From Candidatus Babelota bacterium (GTDB lineage: Bacteria > Babelota > Babeliae > Babelales > CAIQNR01): 64,000 nucleotides of DNA. Under the pieces are notes generated by a model. It searched no databases and was not told where the DNA came from. It saw only the letters and a list, made by a program, of their open reading frames with translations. Positions within the stretch are counted from its first letter, which is position 1; each line of letters opens with the position of its first letter. The DNA lies in NCBI GenBank assembly GCA_965658655.1, contig CBFHTA010000001.1:328722-392721 (forward strand), in the 5' to 3' direction. The position numbers were made by a program, and so were the translations under genes. Shown here piece after piece: positions 28,180 to 38,189 of the stretch.

Positions 28180-29115
28180 TTACTTGGAAAGTAAAGGATA
28201 CTTTTTAAATCCTACAAAAATACATTCAGGTTCAGGAACAATCCCAAATTCTTTCTTTACTTTTTCTTGAAGAAGGCGTGCCAATTGGACGATCTCATGA
28301 GATGTGCCATTCCCGCGATTTAAGAGCATGTTTGCATGTTGTGGAGAAACTTGTACGTCTCCTACTTGTGCTGCTCCTTTAACACCAATTTTATCTAGAT
28401 AATAAGCAACATAAATCATTTTTTTATTGTCATACATTAAAGAAACTTCATTTGGATGAAAATTTCTAAAGAAGCTACCGCAAGTGTTTTCTTTAGGATA
28501 GCGCGAGATGCGGTGACGAATAATTTCCCATCTTCTTCCTCGGGCAAATGCGCCGCCATTATCGTCTACTACTTCGAGTTGAAATGTTGCATTTATTAAA
28601 TAATATTCTTTTTCCATGAGCTTTGATTTGTCATAGCCAAACTGAAACCATTCTGTATTAACTTTTTTAATGGTGCCAGTCGGAATATGAATAACCTCAG
28701 CTTCTAATAAATAGTCACTAATAAAGGCTTCAAAGTAATGTAGGTTAATATAAACAGCGCCGCCAACAGTTCCAGGAATATAAGAAAAAATTTCTAAACC
28801 AATAAGATTGTTATCAACAGCTAATCCAATCAGATCATCCATACGTGTGCCAGCGTTGGCAGTTATCAATCCAGTTTTTGTGTTGAGTATAGGATTGTTT
28901 TTTTGAGGATGAATAACAAGACCATCAAAGCCATCATCATTGATCAGAATATTGGCGCCTTCACCTAAAACAAAAATCTCTAGATTGTTTTTTTGAGCAA
29001 AGGTTAATGCTTCTTTAAAATCTTGAGTTGTTTCTGGTTGACAAAAATAGCGAGCAGGCCCGCCAGTTTTAAACCAATTTTTATCGTTAAGCGGTATATT
29101 CTCTTGTATTTTCAT
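28180..29115 (-). CDS. murB: UDP-N-acetylenolpyruvoylglucosamine reductase
   Basis: FKTGGPA, LGEGANIL..D.G..G, IPGTVGGAVY.N, CGSFFRN, HAN.L.N.G. Confidence 0.95.
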   Translation of the reverse strand: MKIQENIPLNDKNWFKTGGPARYFCQPETTQDFKEALTFAQKNNLEIFVLGEGANILINDDGFDGLVIHPQKNNPILNTKTGLITANAGTRMDDLIGLAVDNNLIGLEIFSYIPGTVGGAVYINLHYFEAFISDYLLEAEVIHIPTGTIKKVNTEWFQFGYDKSKLMEKEYYLINATFQLEVVDDNGGAFARGRRWEIIRHRISRYPKENTCGSFFRNFHPNEVSLMYDNKKMIYVAYYLDKIGVKGAAQVGDVQVSPQHANMLLNRGNGTSHEIVQLARLLQEKVKKEFGIVPEPECIFVGFKKYPLLSK

Positions 29116-29130
29116 TACTCTTCTTTATTG

Positions 29131-30045
29131 TTAAATTTCAGCGGCAACGCGTGCCAGTTTCTTTCTGGTATTTACTTTCCCTGCGGTAACTAAAGCAATA
29201 CATGCTTGGCTACAACATTCTTGTGATTTAGTAATACACTCTGGGCAGCCCAAAAATTGTTTGTTGCATTGTGCATTAATACAGTTGGTGTAATAATCGC
29301 AAGGAGCATCGCACATATCGCAATTGCTTAAAATGTCATCGTTTACCTTATGAGAAACACGACCATCAAATACGTAGTTAGATCCTCTAAAGTGGCCGTC
29401 AGGGAACTTTTCTATATAGCGATGAATGCCACCTTCAATTTGATATACTTTTTGGGCAACGCCTTTTTTATTTACGTACGCAGATGCTCGTTCGCAACGA
29501 ATACCACCGGTGCACATCATGAGAACAGTTTTGTCTTTAAGTTCATTAACGTGTTCATCAACGTATTCTGGAAACTCTCTAAAATATTTTTTATCTGGGC
29601 ACATGGATCCTGGAATAGTTCCAATACGTGTTTCGTAATTGTTACGAGTATCAATAATCACTAAGTTATCGGGTTTGTTGTTTAGGAGTTCGTGAGTTTG
29701 TTCTGGAGTTAAATGTTGACCGCCATCTGCAGTGGTGAGGTCTTTTGGATCGATACCTAGGTTGACGATTTCTTTTTTGATTTGAACTCGAATGCGTGGA
29801 AAATACCGTTCGTCACCGGGAGCAGTTTTAAAATCTATGCCACCGAATGATTCATGGGCATTCATAGCCTCTATGTAAGCTTGTGTTGCCTCTTCCGATC
29901 CACCAACGGTTCCATTGATGCCTTCGGTCGCCAGAATAATACGACCAGTCAGGCCTAATTTTTTACATAAACGTTTTTGCCATTTTGCAACGGCTTCTGG
30001 TATTTCAAGCTCAACATATTTATAAAACAGTAAAATTTTTCCCAT
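29131..30045 (-). CDS. trhO: Rhodanese-domain tRNA U34 hydroxylase TrhO (YceA/UPF0176)
   Basis: FYKY, GRIILATEGINGT, DTRNNYE, CTGGIRCE, GGIHRY, YVFD.R, Cys-rich C-terminus. Confidence 0.92.
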   Translation of the reverse strand: MGKILLFYKYVELEIPEAVAKWQKRLCKKLGLTGRIILATEGINGTVGGSEEATQAYIEAMNAHESFGGIDFKTAPGDERYFPRIRVQIKKEIVNLGIDPKDLTTADGGQHLTPEQTHELLNNKPDNLVIIDTRNNYETRIGTIPGSMCPDKKYFREFPEYVDEHVNELKDKTVLMMCTGGIRCERASAYVNKKGVAQKVYQIEGGIHRYIEKFPDGHFRGSNYVFDGRVSHKVNDDILSNCDMCDAPCDYYTNCINAQCNKQFLGCPECITKSQECCSQACIALVTAGKVNTRKKLARVAAEI

Positions 30046-30129
30046 AACGGCACTTCTCTTTGCATTTTTATTGAATTACAGATCTCTGTCAGTATACCAT
30101 AGAGCTTTTAAACTTTCTAAGGGGTAAAA

Positions 30130-30693
30130 ATGCAGAATCGATTTCTTGTTGTTTTGCTGGTAATAAGGACAGTATCTGCCAGTTCTCATCCTGATGATTT
30201 ATTATCTTGGTCACCGCCCTCTTGGTCTCCACCTGTTCCTGAAGTATCGAGTAGTGAATCGTCTGGCTCTAATTCTTCATTGTCGCCTGAAGTTTCTTCA
30301 GTTTCATTTTTTGAGACAGTTGATGAATACAAAAAGGCCATTAAAGATTTAGCGGAAAGGGAAAGAGAGTCTACGTCTGTAGATCTTGAAGATAAAAAAG
30401 TAACGTTTACTCGTATGGGTAAAGAATGGCACTTAGTTGCAACGTCAGGTTGTATTTTTAAAGATTGTATATTGGTTGAATCAAAATTCTATATAGAAGC
30501 AATGCTTTGTGGAAATCGTGAAGAACATATAGGCCAGCAATCAGTTACGTTTAAAGCTTGTACAGATGACCTGTGTCGGTCTCATCCACCATCTGTGGGA
30601 GCATGGTCAATTTTAGAAGAAAATGGGCTTGTAGGTAGTTCTGTCGATAAGTACTTTAAAGTGGTATCAGGTTCTGATGATACTGTTGGATGA
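30130..30693 (+). CDS. Secreted hypothetical protein with Ser/Pro-rich linker
   Basis: Signal peptide, SWSPPSWSPP repeat, poly-Ser, AAGGGG RBS. Confidence 0.65.
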   Translation: MQNRFLVVLLVIRTVSASSHPDDLLSWSPPSWSPPVPEVSSSESSGSNSSLSPEVSSVSFFETVDEYKKAIKDLAERERESTSVDLEDKKVTFTRMGKEWHLVATSGCIFKDCILVESKFYIEAMLCGNREEHIGQQSVTFKACTDDLCRSHPPSVGAWSILEENGLVGSSVDKYFKVVSGSDDTVG

Positions 30694-30775
30694 GTTGCAT
30701 CAGTTGTACTTTTGTCCTATTCTAAGCACTAGAAAAAGGTTTTGAAACGTTTGTTACCGTGCAAAGGCTCCACTC

Positions 30776-33103
30776 ATGAAATTGTCGCTTCGGTGGGTAT
30801 GTGACCACCTTGAAATTGATTGGAAAAAGATCAATGTTGAAAAGCTTGTAGAAAAATTTAATACTACTACGGCAGAAATCGAAGAGTTTGAAAAATATAC
30901 GCTTGATCTTAAACCCTTTGCATTGGCTCAAGTTATAAGTTCGTCTAAAAATGGTTGTGCGTTAGAATGTCCAGAATGGAAAAGCAAACCAGTGTTGCCT
31001 GCTAGGACCGACGCTCAAAAAAGCGCTTGGTATCTCATTAAAAAAGAGGGTGACAAAGTAGAATGGGTAAGTCCTGCTGATTTTGATTGTGAAAAAGAAG
31101 GTTTATTACCAGCGTTTTTTTGTTCAGAAAAAGATGCTAGATCAGGTGCATGGAAAAAACAGATAGAGACAGAAGATTATATTCTTGATGTAGACAATAA
31201 ATCTATCACTCATAGGCCAGACATGTGGAGCCATCGTGGATTTGCTCGTGAAGTAGCAGCATTTCTCGATATTCCTCTCGTTCCAGAGTCTCAATTTTTA
31301 ACTAAGATTCCTTTGATTACAGAAACCAAAAAATTTAAAGCGAGTAAAGAAATACCTTTTTCTATTTCATTAGATGCTTCTGGGTGTAAACGTTTTTCAG
31401 CTTTATATATTGATGATATTGCATGGCAGCCGTCGGATTTAGTTATGGCAAGTAGGTTGTTACGTTTAGATAATCGAGCAATAGATTTATTTGTTGATGC
31501 AACCAACTATGCAATGCTTGATATTGGTCAGCCACTTCATGCATTTGATGCAGATCAATTGGCAGGTAAAACAATTGGTCCTCGTTTGGCAAAGAAGGGC
31601 GAAAAACTCAAACTACTGGATGAAACAAAACTTAATCTTACTAAAGACGATATGGTAATCGCTGATAGCAAACAGCCTCTTGCGCTTGCAGGTATTAAAG
31701 GTGGTTTATCTAGCGGAGTAACTCCTGAAACACGCGCTATTTTGTTAGAATCAGCGAATTTTGATGCAACACCAGTTCGTTTATCTGCTGCACATCATAA
31801 AGTGCGAACAGAAGCTTCTGCTCGTTTTGAAAAATCACTTGATCCAAACCAAAACGTTCTAGGAATTATGCGCTTTGTAAAATTACTCAAAAATGCAGAT
31901 GCAGAGATTTCTTATACTCCAAAGATCGTATCTCTTGGTTCAGTGGCAAAAACCAGTACAATTAAAGTGGCACATGAGTTTATAGAGAAGAAATTAGGTA
32001 CAGCTATTAAACCTGTGTTTGTTAAAAAAACATTAGAAAAAATTGGATTTGAAGTTACAGATACAAAGGGTGTTTATACCGTTACGGTGCCAACGTATCG
32101 AGCAACTAAAGATATTGATATTCCAGAAGACATTGTAGAAGAAGTAGGGCGTTTCTATGGTTATGGTTCCTTACCACTTGAGCTTCCACAAATCACGAGT
32201 ATTCCTGAGAAAGACCTTGCAACAGACCGCGTAGACCTTATTAAACAGATGCTTGCGGCAAATGTTCATATGCACGAAGTTCAAAACTATGGTTTTTTCG
32301 ATAATGAATTCTTAAAACAAATTAATTGGAAATTGCATCGTCCAGTAAGGTTAGCTAATGCCATTTCAGAGCAACGCACTGTTCTTGCAACCTGTTTATT
32401 ACCAGGGCTTTTGCAGAATGTGGTAGAAAACAAAGGCGCTAAAGATGAATTGCGTTTCTTTGAGTGGGGTCGTGTTTGGCGTGTTAATGCAAAGAATAAA
32501 AATAAAGTAGATGAACATAGAATTCTTGCAGGCCTTTTTTATAAACGTAAAGGCGATATTGATTTTTACAATGCCAAGCAGGAGCTCGAAGAGTTATTTG
32601 CTTCGATTGGTTTAAACCTGGAATGGAAAAAAGCAAAAAATCCTTCGCAATGGGCAAGTAAATACCAGACAGCCGACTTATTCTACAATGGTAAGAATAT
32701 TGGTAATGCTGGTAGAATTGCAAAATCAAAACTTGCTGCCATTGGAGGTGGAGATGCGTTTGGTTTTGAACTATGCGGAGATTTCTTAGTTGAATTTGTG
32801 CCTGCCATTACCAAGTTTAAAGAACTTCCAAAGTATCAGGCGACGTCGCTTGATGTAAGTGTTATGGTCCCTTCAAAAACGACAGTGGCAGATTTAGAGA
32901 ATGCGATTGTAAAAGCCGATAAACGTATTTTTGATGTAGCGCTTCAAGATGTTTTTGTGAAGGATGATTGGGAAAATAAAAAATCTATTACGTTGCGTTT
33001 CTTCGTGAGAGATAATGAAAAGACCCTTAAAAAAGCAGATATTGATGCGGTGCATGGTGCGGTTGAAAAAGCACTTAAGAAACAGGGAGCTGAAGTTCGA
33101 TGA
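30776..33103 (+). CDS. pheT: Phenylalanine-tRNA ligase beta subunit
   Basis: MKLSLRW, DNKSITHRPD.WSHRGFARE, GQPLHAFD, RTEASARFEK, VPTYR..KDI…EDIVEEVGR, FDX-ACB C-terminus. Confidence 0.96.
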   Translation: MKLSLRWVCDHLEIDWKKINVEKLVEKFNTTTAEIEEFEKYTLDLKPFALAQVISSSKNGCALECPEWKSKPVLPARTDAQKSAWYLIKKEGDKVEWVSPADFDCEKEGLLPAFFCSEKDARSGAWKKQIETEDYILDVDNKSITHRPDMWSHRGFAREVAAFLDIPLVPESQFLTKIPLITETKKFKASKEIPFSISLDASGCKRFSALYIDDIAWQPSDLVMASRLLRLDNRAIDLFVDATNYAMLDIGQPLHAFDADQLAGKTIGPRLAKKGEKLKLLDETKLNLTKDDMVIADSKQPLALAGIKGGLSSGVTPETRAILLESANFDATPVRLSAAHHKVRTEASARFEKSLDPNQNVLGIMRFVKLLKNADAEISYTPKIVSLGSVAKTSTIKVAHEFIEKKLGTAIKPVFVKKTLEKIGFEVTDTKGVYTVTVPTYRATKDIDIPEDIVEEVGRFYGYGSLPLELPQITSIPEKDLATDRVDLIKQMLAANVHMHEVQNYGFFDNEFLKQINWKLHRPVRLANAISEQRTVLATCLLPGLLQNVVENKGAKDELRFFEWGRVWRVNAKNKNKVDEHRILAGLFYKRKGDIDFYNAKQELEELFASIGLNLEWKKAKNPSQWASKYQTADLFYNGKNIGNAGRIAKSKLAAIGGGDAFGFELCGDFLVEFVPAITKFKELPKYQATSLDVSVMVPSKTTVADLENAIVKADKRIFDVALQDVFVKDDWENKKSITLRFFVRDNEKTLKKADIDAVHGAVEKALKKQGAEVR

Positions 33104-33546
33104 CCTATAATAATAAAGCTTTATGGCTATTGCTGCTACTTGATCGCATTGTAAAGCGTATTATTGTATATGCACATGTGTGTCCTGTAAGGGTATCTCC
33201 CTTTTTAGCATGTCAACCAACGTTAAATCGTGGGATTTCTTGGAGCATGTTTGCTAATGCTGGACCAAATGTTTTTTATATAATTACTGCAGTTATTGGG
33301 TTATTTCTCTTTGGTTTTGCATGGTACACTCATAAGCGTGCAGAAGCTGATTATGATACGTTTGGCGAAATGCTGGTTTTGGTTGGTGGAACATCTAATT
33401 TTCTTGATCGTTTAATCTATGGTGGTGTTGTAGACTTTATTCAAGTGTCGTTTGGGAAATGGTCTTTTCCTATTTTTAACTTTGCCGACATTTATATTGT
33501 CTTAGGTGTTGGAATTATGATTTATACTACGATTATAGAAGAGTAA
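33100..33546 (+). CDS. lspA: Lipoprotein signal peptidase II
   Basis: D...K, NRGISWS, GG.SN.LDR..YGGVVDFI, FPIFNFAD. Confidence 0.94.
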   Translation: MTYNNKALWLLLLLDRIVKRIIVYAHVCPVRVSPFLACQPTLNRGISWSMFANAGPNVFYIITAVIGLFLFGFAWYTHKRAEADYDTFGEMLVLVGGTSNFLDRLIYGGVVDFIQVSFGKWSFPIFNFADIYIVLGVGIMIYTTIIEE

Positions 33547-33549
33547 CGT

Positions 33550-34194
33550 TTGAATCTTTTAGCCCAGCTGCAACAAGTTTTTTTCCCTCCATTTTGTTCT
33601 TATTGCAAAGAATTTCTTGCTCAAGAGACGATTCTTTGTACTGCTTGTTTTGAACGTATTAAACCGGTAGTTACATATCCATTACAAGTTACTAAAAGAT
33701 GTGAAGTACCGGTGTTTGCAGTGAGTGGGTATCATGATCCTTTGCGTGCTTTAATAAAAACTAAACATTTCCGTCAAAGAAGAACATCTCATGAATTGGG
33801 ACAACTTTTGTGGAATATGACTAATTTGCAGCACCAAAAATTTGATATTATTGTTCCCATACCTTTGCATTGGTCACGGTATGCCTGGCGATGGTTTAAT
33901 CAAGCAGAAGAAATTGCAAAAGTCATTGCAAGTAAAAGTAATAAGCCGGTGGTTAACCTTTTAAAACGAACACGTAAAACAAAATTTCAAATGGGGTTAA
34001 CTCGAAAAGAACGAATTAAGAACATTGCTGATGTTTTTGAGTTAACAGCAGATGCTCATTTGTATAAGAACAAGCGTATTCTTGTGGTTGACGATGTTTT
34101 GACAACTGGTACCACACTTAAAGAAGCGATTAAGCAAGTTCGCCGATTGGTCCCGGGCGATCTAAAGGTTGCCGTTGTAGCTCGGGTTCTTTAG
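33550..34194 (+). CDS. comF: ComF family protein (zinc ribbon + PRTase)
   Basis: PPFCSYC…CTAC, VPIPLH…R.FNQA, VVDDVLTTGTT. Confidence 0.92.
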   Translation: MNLLAQLQQVFFPPFCSYCKEFLAQETILCTACFERIKPVVTYPLQVTKRCEVPVFAVSGYHDPLRALIKTKHFRQRRTSHELGQLLWNMTNLQHQKFDIIVPIPLHWSRYAWRWFNQAEEIAKVIASKSNKPVVNLLKRTRKTKFQMGLTRKERIKNIADVFELTADAHLYKNKRILVVDDVLTTGTTLKEAIKQVRRLVPGDLKVAVVARVL

Positions 34195-34630
34195 CTTTTA
34201 ATTTTTCTATAAGCGATTGTGGAGCTTTTTTCGCTATAGCAATTTTAAGCGGGGTTTCTTCTTTGTAGGGTATTGATGAATCTGCTCCCTCATCTAAGAG
34301 TCTTTCGGCAGCGCGAAAACCTGTCTGTGTTCCATAAGTTAAAGCGTAAAGAAAGGTTGATATTGAGCGGGGATTTCTGTATTTATCTTGTATAGTAATG
34401 CTACTGGTAGCGAGCAGTTTTACTTTGTCTCCTAGTTCTTCAAAAAATTCATTCAGCTTGTGTGTATGAATAGCTTGTGTAAAATCTCTTTTTTCTTTAT
34501 AGGTTATCCCTGCTTCATGAGGATATCTCCTCTGCTCTATGGGTCCAAAATCTATAGGTCCAAATGCACATATTATTGGCATCATTGTACTGCAAAAAAT
34601 GGCTATAAGTATTCTTTGTCGTTGATTCAT
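34130..34630 (-). CDS. Secreted ankyrin-repeat-like protein
   Basis: Signal peptide; LYAL…AAERLLDEGADSS…ETPLKIA ankyrin signature. Confidence 0.65.
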   Translation of the reverse strand: MNQRQRILIAIFCSTMMPIICAFGPIDFGPIEQRRYPHEAGITYKEKRDFTQAIHTHKLNEFFEELGDKVKLLATSSITIQDKYRNPRSISTFLYALTYGTQTGFRAAERLLDEGADSSIPYKEETPLKIAIAKKAPQSLIEKLKAKEPELQRQPLDRPGPIGELA

Positions 34631-34721
34631 TTTCTCTTTTGCCTCGTTTTATAATCTATGTTACATTACATTATCGCTCTATTAGGATAGGCAAAAAAAC
34701 CATTTATAGTAAGGAGTTACG

Positions 34722-35771
34722 GTGTCTATGAACAGAAGTATTAAGATGAAAAGGGGAATGACAGGGTTGGCGATTGTATCACTAATGTTGTTGCCTGGAT
34801 GTGGTATTCTTAACTTTGTGAAAAGCAAAATGGGTTCTTCTGATACACCAAAACATGTTCCTTCTCATGCTGAAGAAGCTTCTAGTACTCCTGTAGATGA
34901 CGGTAGTAAAGTGCTTATGTCTATTGATGGTAAGCCTGTTATTACAGAAAAATCTTTTGATGAATATTATCAGCAATTTATAAGTACTAATCCGCAGCTA
35001 CAAGCTATGATTCAGTTTATGCCCAACGCAAAAAAAGAAATTTTCAGTGGTATGGCTAATGAACGTCTTTTGATCACTTGGGGTGAAAAAAATAACATTC
35101 ATACTGATAAAGATTACCAAGCACAACTTAACCAAGCTGTGCGTATGGTTAAAACTAACTTGGCTGCAAAGCGTTTTGAAAAAGACATTATTGGGCCAAT
35201 TGAAGTTACAGATAAAGAGATGCGTGAATATTATGATTCGCACAAAGATCCAGAGTTAATTGTTACTCCAGGTGGTATTAAAGCTATAGGTAAGCAGTTT
35301 GATTCTAAAGAACAAGCGCAAACATTATTTGATAAAGTAAAAGATTCTCCAAATACTTTTAAAGTTGACGCTGGAAAAGGGGTACAAGATTTTGCTCCTA
35401 TTAACAAAGCAAGCTTTGATGTAGACACTAGTGTTAAAGAAAAAGTATTAGCAGTTGGTAGTTTCCCTAAAGTGTTAATGGTAGAAGGTACTGATAAAAA
35501 GTACTGGGTGGTTGTTGCGCTTAAAAAAGAAGAAGGGAAATACCGTCCGTTTGATGAAGTTAAAGATGGTTTAAAGAAAATGATTGAACGCGATAAGACA
35601 ATGAAACTTTATACAGAAAAAATTTCAACGCTTAAAAAAGAATATAAAGTTACAGAAGACCTTAGTTCTTTGGAGTCATCAGGAATGCCAGCAGGGCTTC
35701 CAGCAGGAATACTTCAAGGTGCGTCAGGCGATGACAAACCAAAAAAGAGTGGCGGCGTTAGATCGTTATAA
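34722..35771 (+). CDS. PrsA/SurA-like foldase lipoprotein (parvulin-like)
   Basis: Lipobox LLPGC; IDGKPVIT, EVTDKEMREYYDSHK, PFDEVK; AAGGAG RBS. Confidence 0.8.
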   Translation: MSMNRSIKMKRGMTGLAIVSLMLLPGCGILNFVKSKMGSSDTPKHVPSHAEEASSTPVDDGSKVLMSIDGKPVITEKSFDEYYQQFISTNPQLQAMIQFMPNAKKEIFSGMANERLLITWGEKNNIHTDKDYQAQLNQAVRMVKTNLAAKRFEKDIIGPIEVTDKEMREYYDSHKDPELIVTPGGIKAIGKQFDSKEQAQTLFDKVKDSPNTFKVDAGKGVQDFAPINKASFDVDTSVKEKVLAVGSFPKVLMVEGTDKKYWVVVALKKEEGKYRPFDEVKDGLKKMIERDKTMKLYTEKISTLKKEYKVTEDLSSLESSGMPAGLPAGILQGASGDDKPKKSGGVRSL

Positions 35772-35799
35772 GAGTTAAGAAAGTATATAAAGATAGTAA

Positions 35800-35833
35800 T
35801 GAGTCATCCTGCTTCAACGAGCAGGGTGACTCA
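35800..35833 (+). terminator. Stable intergenic hairpin (terminator or mRNA stabiliser)
   Basis: tgagtcatcctgct-tcaacg-agcagggtgactca; weak T tail. Confidence 0.55.
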
Positions 35834-35854
35834 CTTTATTATGGGTAGAAACAT

Positions 35855-36841
35855 ATGAAAAAAGATATTTTATTAGTGTTGTTAGCAGCAACAACACTTT
35901 CTGCAAAAGAACCGGTTAAGGTTGATACAGTAGATAAAACTATAGAGTCTTCTATTAAAAAAAATCCTCAGAAGAAAGAGGCGTCTCTTGTAAGAAAAGA
36001 AAATACTACAACCAATAAAATAGATACATCTAAAAAAACTGTAGCAAAGAAGAAACTCGTTTTAGAAGATGAGATTGGTGCTATTATTCATACTAGTCCT
36101 GAGCATGAGCCAATTTTGTTAACACGTAAAGAATTGAATCGTTTGTCTATTAATGGTACTCCGCAAACAAAAGAAGAAGTTATTCGAGCAAGAAAAATAG
36201 AATACGAAGGAGTACATGTTTTTAAAATGCCTATTCCTGATGAAGCTATTACGGGGTACATGCGTTCTTTAAGAGAGGCGCATGGTATGACCGATGATCA
36301 ATTTAAACAAAAATTTGAAGAAGCTGGTTATTTGTATGAAGAAGGTATCGATGAACTACGAAGAATGTTAATTGTTGACCAACTTTTTAACTTTAAGATT
36401 AAATCTCGTTTAGTAGTACCTGAAGCTGATGTGCGTGCATATTATGATAAAAATCCACAAGAAGTGCCTGCGGCATATAATATTCGACAAGGGTTTTTAT
36501 CTAATGGTATTTTAACTTCTGAAGAAATTAAAGAACTGAGGCAAACGAGTAAGCATAGCAATCTTGTTGACTGGATGTCTCCATATTGGCGTTCTGAAGA
36601 TGACTTAGCAAGCTCTTTAAAACATATGAAAACATTGCCAGATGGTTCTGTTGCGGCAGTTCTTACTACTGGTAATGGTTATGAAGTTATTCAGCTTGTG
36701 AAAAAGCGTCCAAAACGTACACGTACGTTTGAAGAGTCTTACAAGGAAATTACTGATATTCTACAAAGACCACTCTTTGAGGAGCTGGTTAAAAAGTATG
36801 AGCAAGAGCTCGATAGAAAATACGAAGTTGAGTATTTATAA
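35855..36841 (+). CDS. SurA-like periplasmic chaperone
   Basis: Signal peptide; HGMTDDQFKQKFEEAG, VPEADVRAYYDKN, GYEVIQL…TFEE. Confidence 0.75.
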   Translation: MKKDILLVLLAATTLSAKEPVKVDTVDKTIESSIKKNPQKKEASLVRKENTTTNKIDTSKKTVAKKKLVLEDEIGAIIHTSPEHEPILLTRKELNRLSINGTPQTKEEVIRARKIEYEGVHVFKMPIPDEAITGYMRSLREAHGMTDDQFKQKFEEAGYLYEEGIDELRRMLIVDQLFNFKIKSRLVVPEADVRAYYDKNPQEVPAAYNIRQGFLSNGILTSEEIKELRQTSKHSNLVDWMSPYWRSEDDLASSLKHMKTLPDGSVAAVLTTGNGYEVIQLVKKRPKRTRTFEESYKEITDILQRPLFEELVKKYEQELDRKYEVEYL

Positions 36842-36878
36842 ACGAGCAAAAATAACAAAGTAGTATTTTTTTTAAAGT

Positions 36879-38123
36879 TTAAGTTTCTGTTTCTTCGGTT
36901 AAGTCTTGAGATTGATTATAGAGCTCAAGAGCCTTTTGAGTCAGAAGCTTTTTCTTTGATTTATAGGCAGGTTTTTCTTCAAAGTAACTGTCTAGCAGTG
37001 TTGCTAGATCCATTTCTACTTTAAGACCTCTTCGTTTTTCTCTTGTGGCAACATTATGTATAGGAATAATACCAACTAGATAATGGGCGTTTGAGCAGGC
37101 TCGTTCTACTTTGCCTATATTTACACAGTCAGGTTGATTGTCTGGGATGTAGTATTTAATTTTCACTACAGCATTCACTAGTTCGTGTTTAGCAAGTGCA
37201 TCAAGAATTTGAGAAGTTTGATCTTCTTCGGATTCTTTGAGTTTTACTTCTACTTGAATAAACGGGCGGGTAGGAACCTCTATAAATTCATAACGTGTTT
37301 TTTTTCGTTCTGCAGAAACAAGACAAAAACCTTTAGGTTCTTTGCGTTCTCCAAAATCAATACGTTCTATAGATCCTGAATAGACAATGGCGGGGTATCC
37401 ATTTTTGTTTAAGTTTTGATAACGATGCAAATGGCCAAGTGCTACATAATCATACGGTTCAATAGCAAGTTGAGAAGGCATCAGTGTTGGGTCTGTTCCA
37501 TATACCGCACGTTTTTCAGATCCAGAAAATATTCCAGAGCTAACGGTCATGTGGCTTGCTAGTACGGAAGGAATAGTAGGGTCGCACTTTTGTGCAAAAT
37601 CTGTGATTAAAGTACCAACTGCTTCTGCAATATAGCGTGTGATATCTTCTGCCGATTGTAATAAATGCTTCTTGTTTAAACTAATGGTATTTCTAGTTGG
37701 CCATGGAATGCCTACAATTTGAATAGGACCATTTTTGGTTTCTAGTTTTAATAATTCTGGCTGACTCATAACATGGAACCCATCAAGAGGTACAGAATTA
37801 AATACTTCTAAACTATTAGCTTTACCAAAGCTCAAGGGGTTGTCATGATTACCAACTATAATAACAATAGGAATGCCTGCTTTGTACAAACGTAAAAAAC
37901 AACGCATAAATAATTTTTGTTGTGTAGGACTTGGATTTGCAGTTTTATAGGCATCGCCAGAAAATAAAAAGAAATCGATTTTTTCTTTAATGCCAATGTC
38001 TATGCAATGGTTAAGTGCGTTTTCAAAATCTAAGAGACGAGTATGAATACCCGTCTCTGGATCTATCTTTCCGTAGTTTTCCATTCCAAAATGTATGTCA
38101 GCGGTGTGTATAAATTTGATCAT
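36879..38123 (-). CDS. sbcD: SbcD/Mre11 family nuclease
   Basis: HTADIHFG, SGD, GNHD, SH, DYVALGHLH, YSGS..R.DFGE. Confidence 0.93.
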   Translation of the reverse strand: MIKFIHTADIHFGMENYGKIDPETGIHTRLLDFENALNHCIDIGIKEKIDFFLFSGDAYKTANPSPTQQKLFMRCFLRLYKAGIPIVIIVGNHDNPLSFGKANSLEVFNSVPLDGFHVMSQPELLKLETKNGPIQIVGIPWPTRNTISLNKKHLLQSAEDITRYIAEAVGTLITDFAQKCDPTIPSVLASHMTVSSGIFSGSEKRAVYGTDPTLMPSQLAIEPYDYVALGHLHRYQNLNKNGYPAIVYSGSIERIDFGERKEPKGFCLVSAERKKTRYEFIEVPTRPFIQVEVKLKESEEDQTSQILDALAKHELVNAVVKIKYYIPDNQPDCVNIGKVERACSNAHYLVGIIPIHNVATREKRRGLKVEMDLATLLDSYFEEKPAYKSKKKLLTQKALELYNQSQDLTEETET

Positions 38124-38129
38124 AAATTC

Positions 38130-38181
38130 GAGTCATCCTGAGTGGTTTTTGAACCTTGTGGAAAAAATGTATTCAAGGATC
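38130..38181 (+). repeat. REP-like palindromic element
   Basis: gagtcatcctgagtg-gttttt…aaaaatg-tattcaaggatc imperfect hairpin; 5' 11-mer gagtcatcctg is shared with the hairpin at 35801. Confidence 0.4.
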
Positions 38182-38189
38182 AAATTCAT

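Noticed and set aside
36879..38123. sbcD without adjacent sbcC as a defence system
   Set aside because: It sits in a housekeeping context behind glmU; sbcC is often unlinked, and this cannot be assessed from one window.
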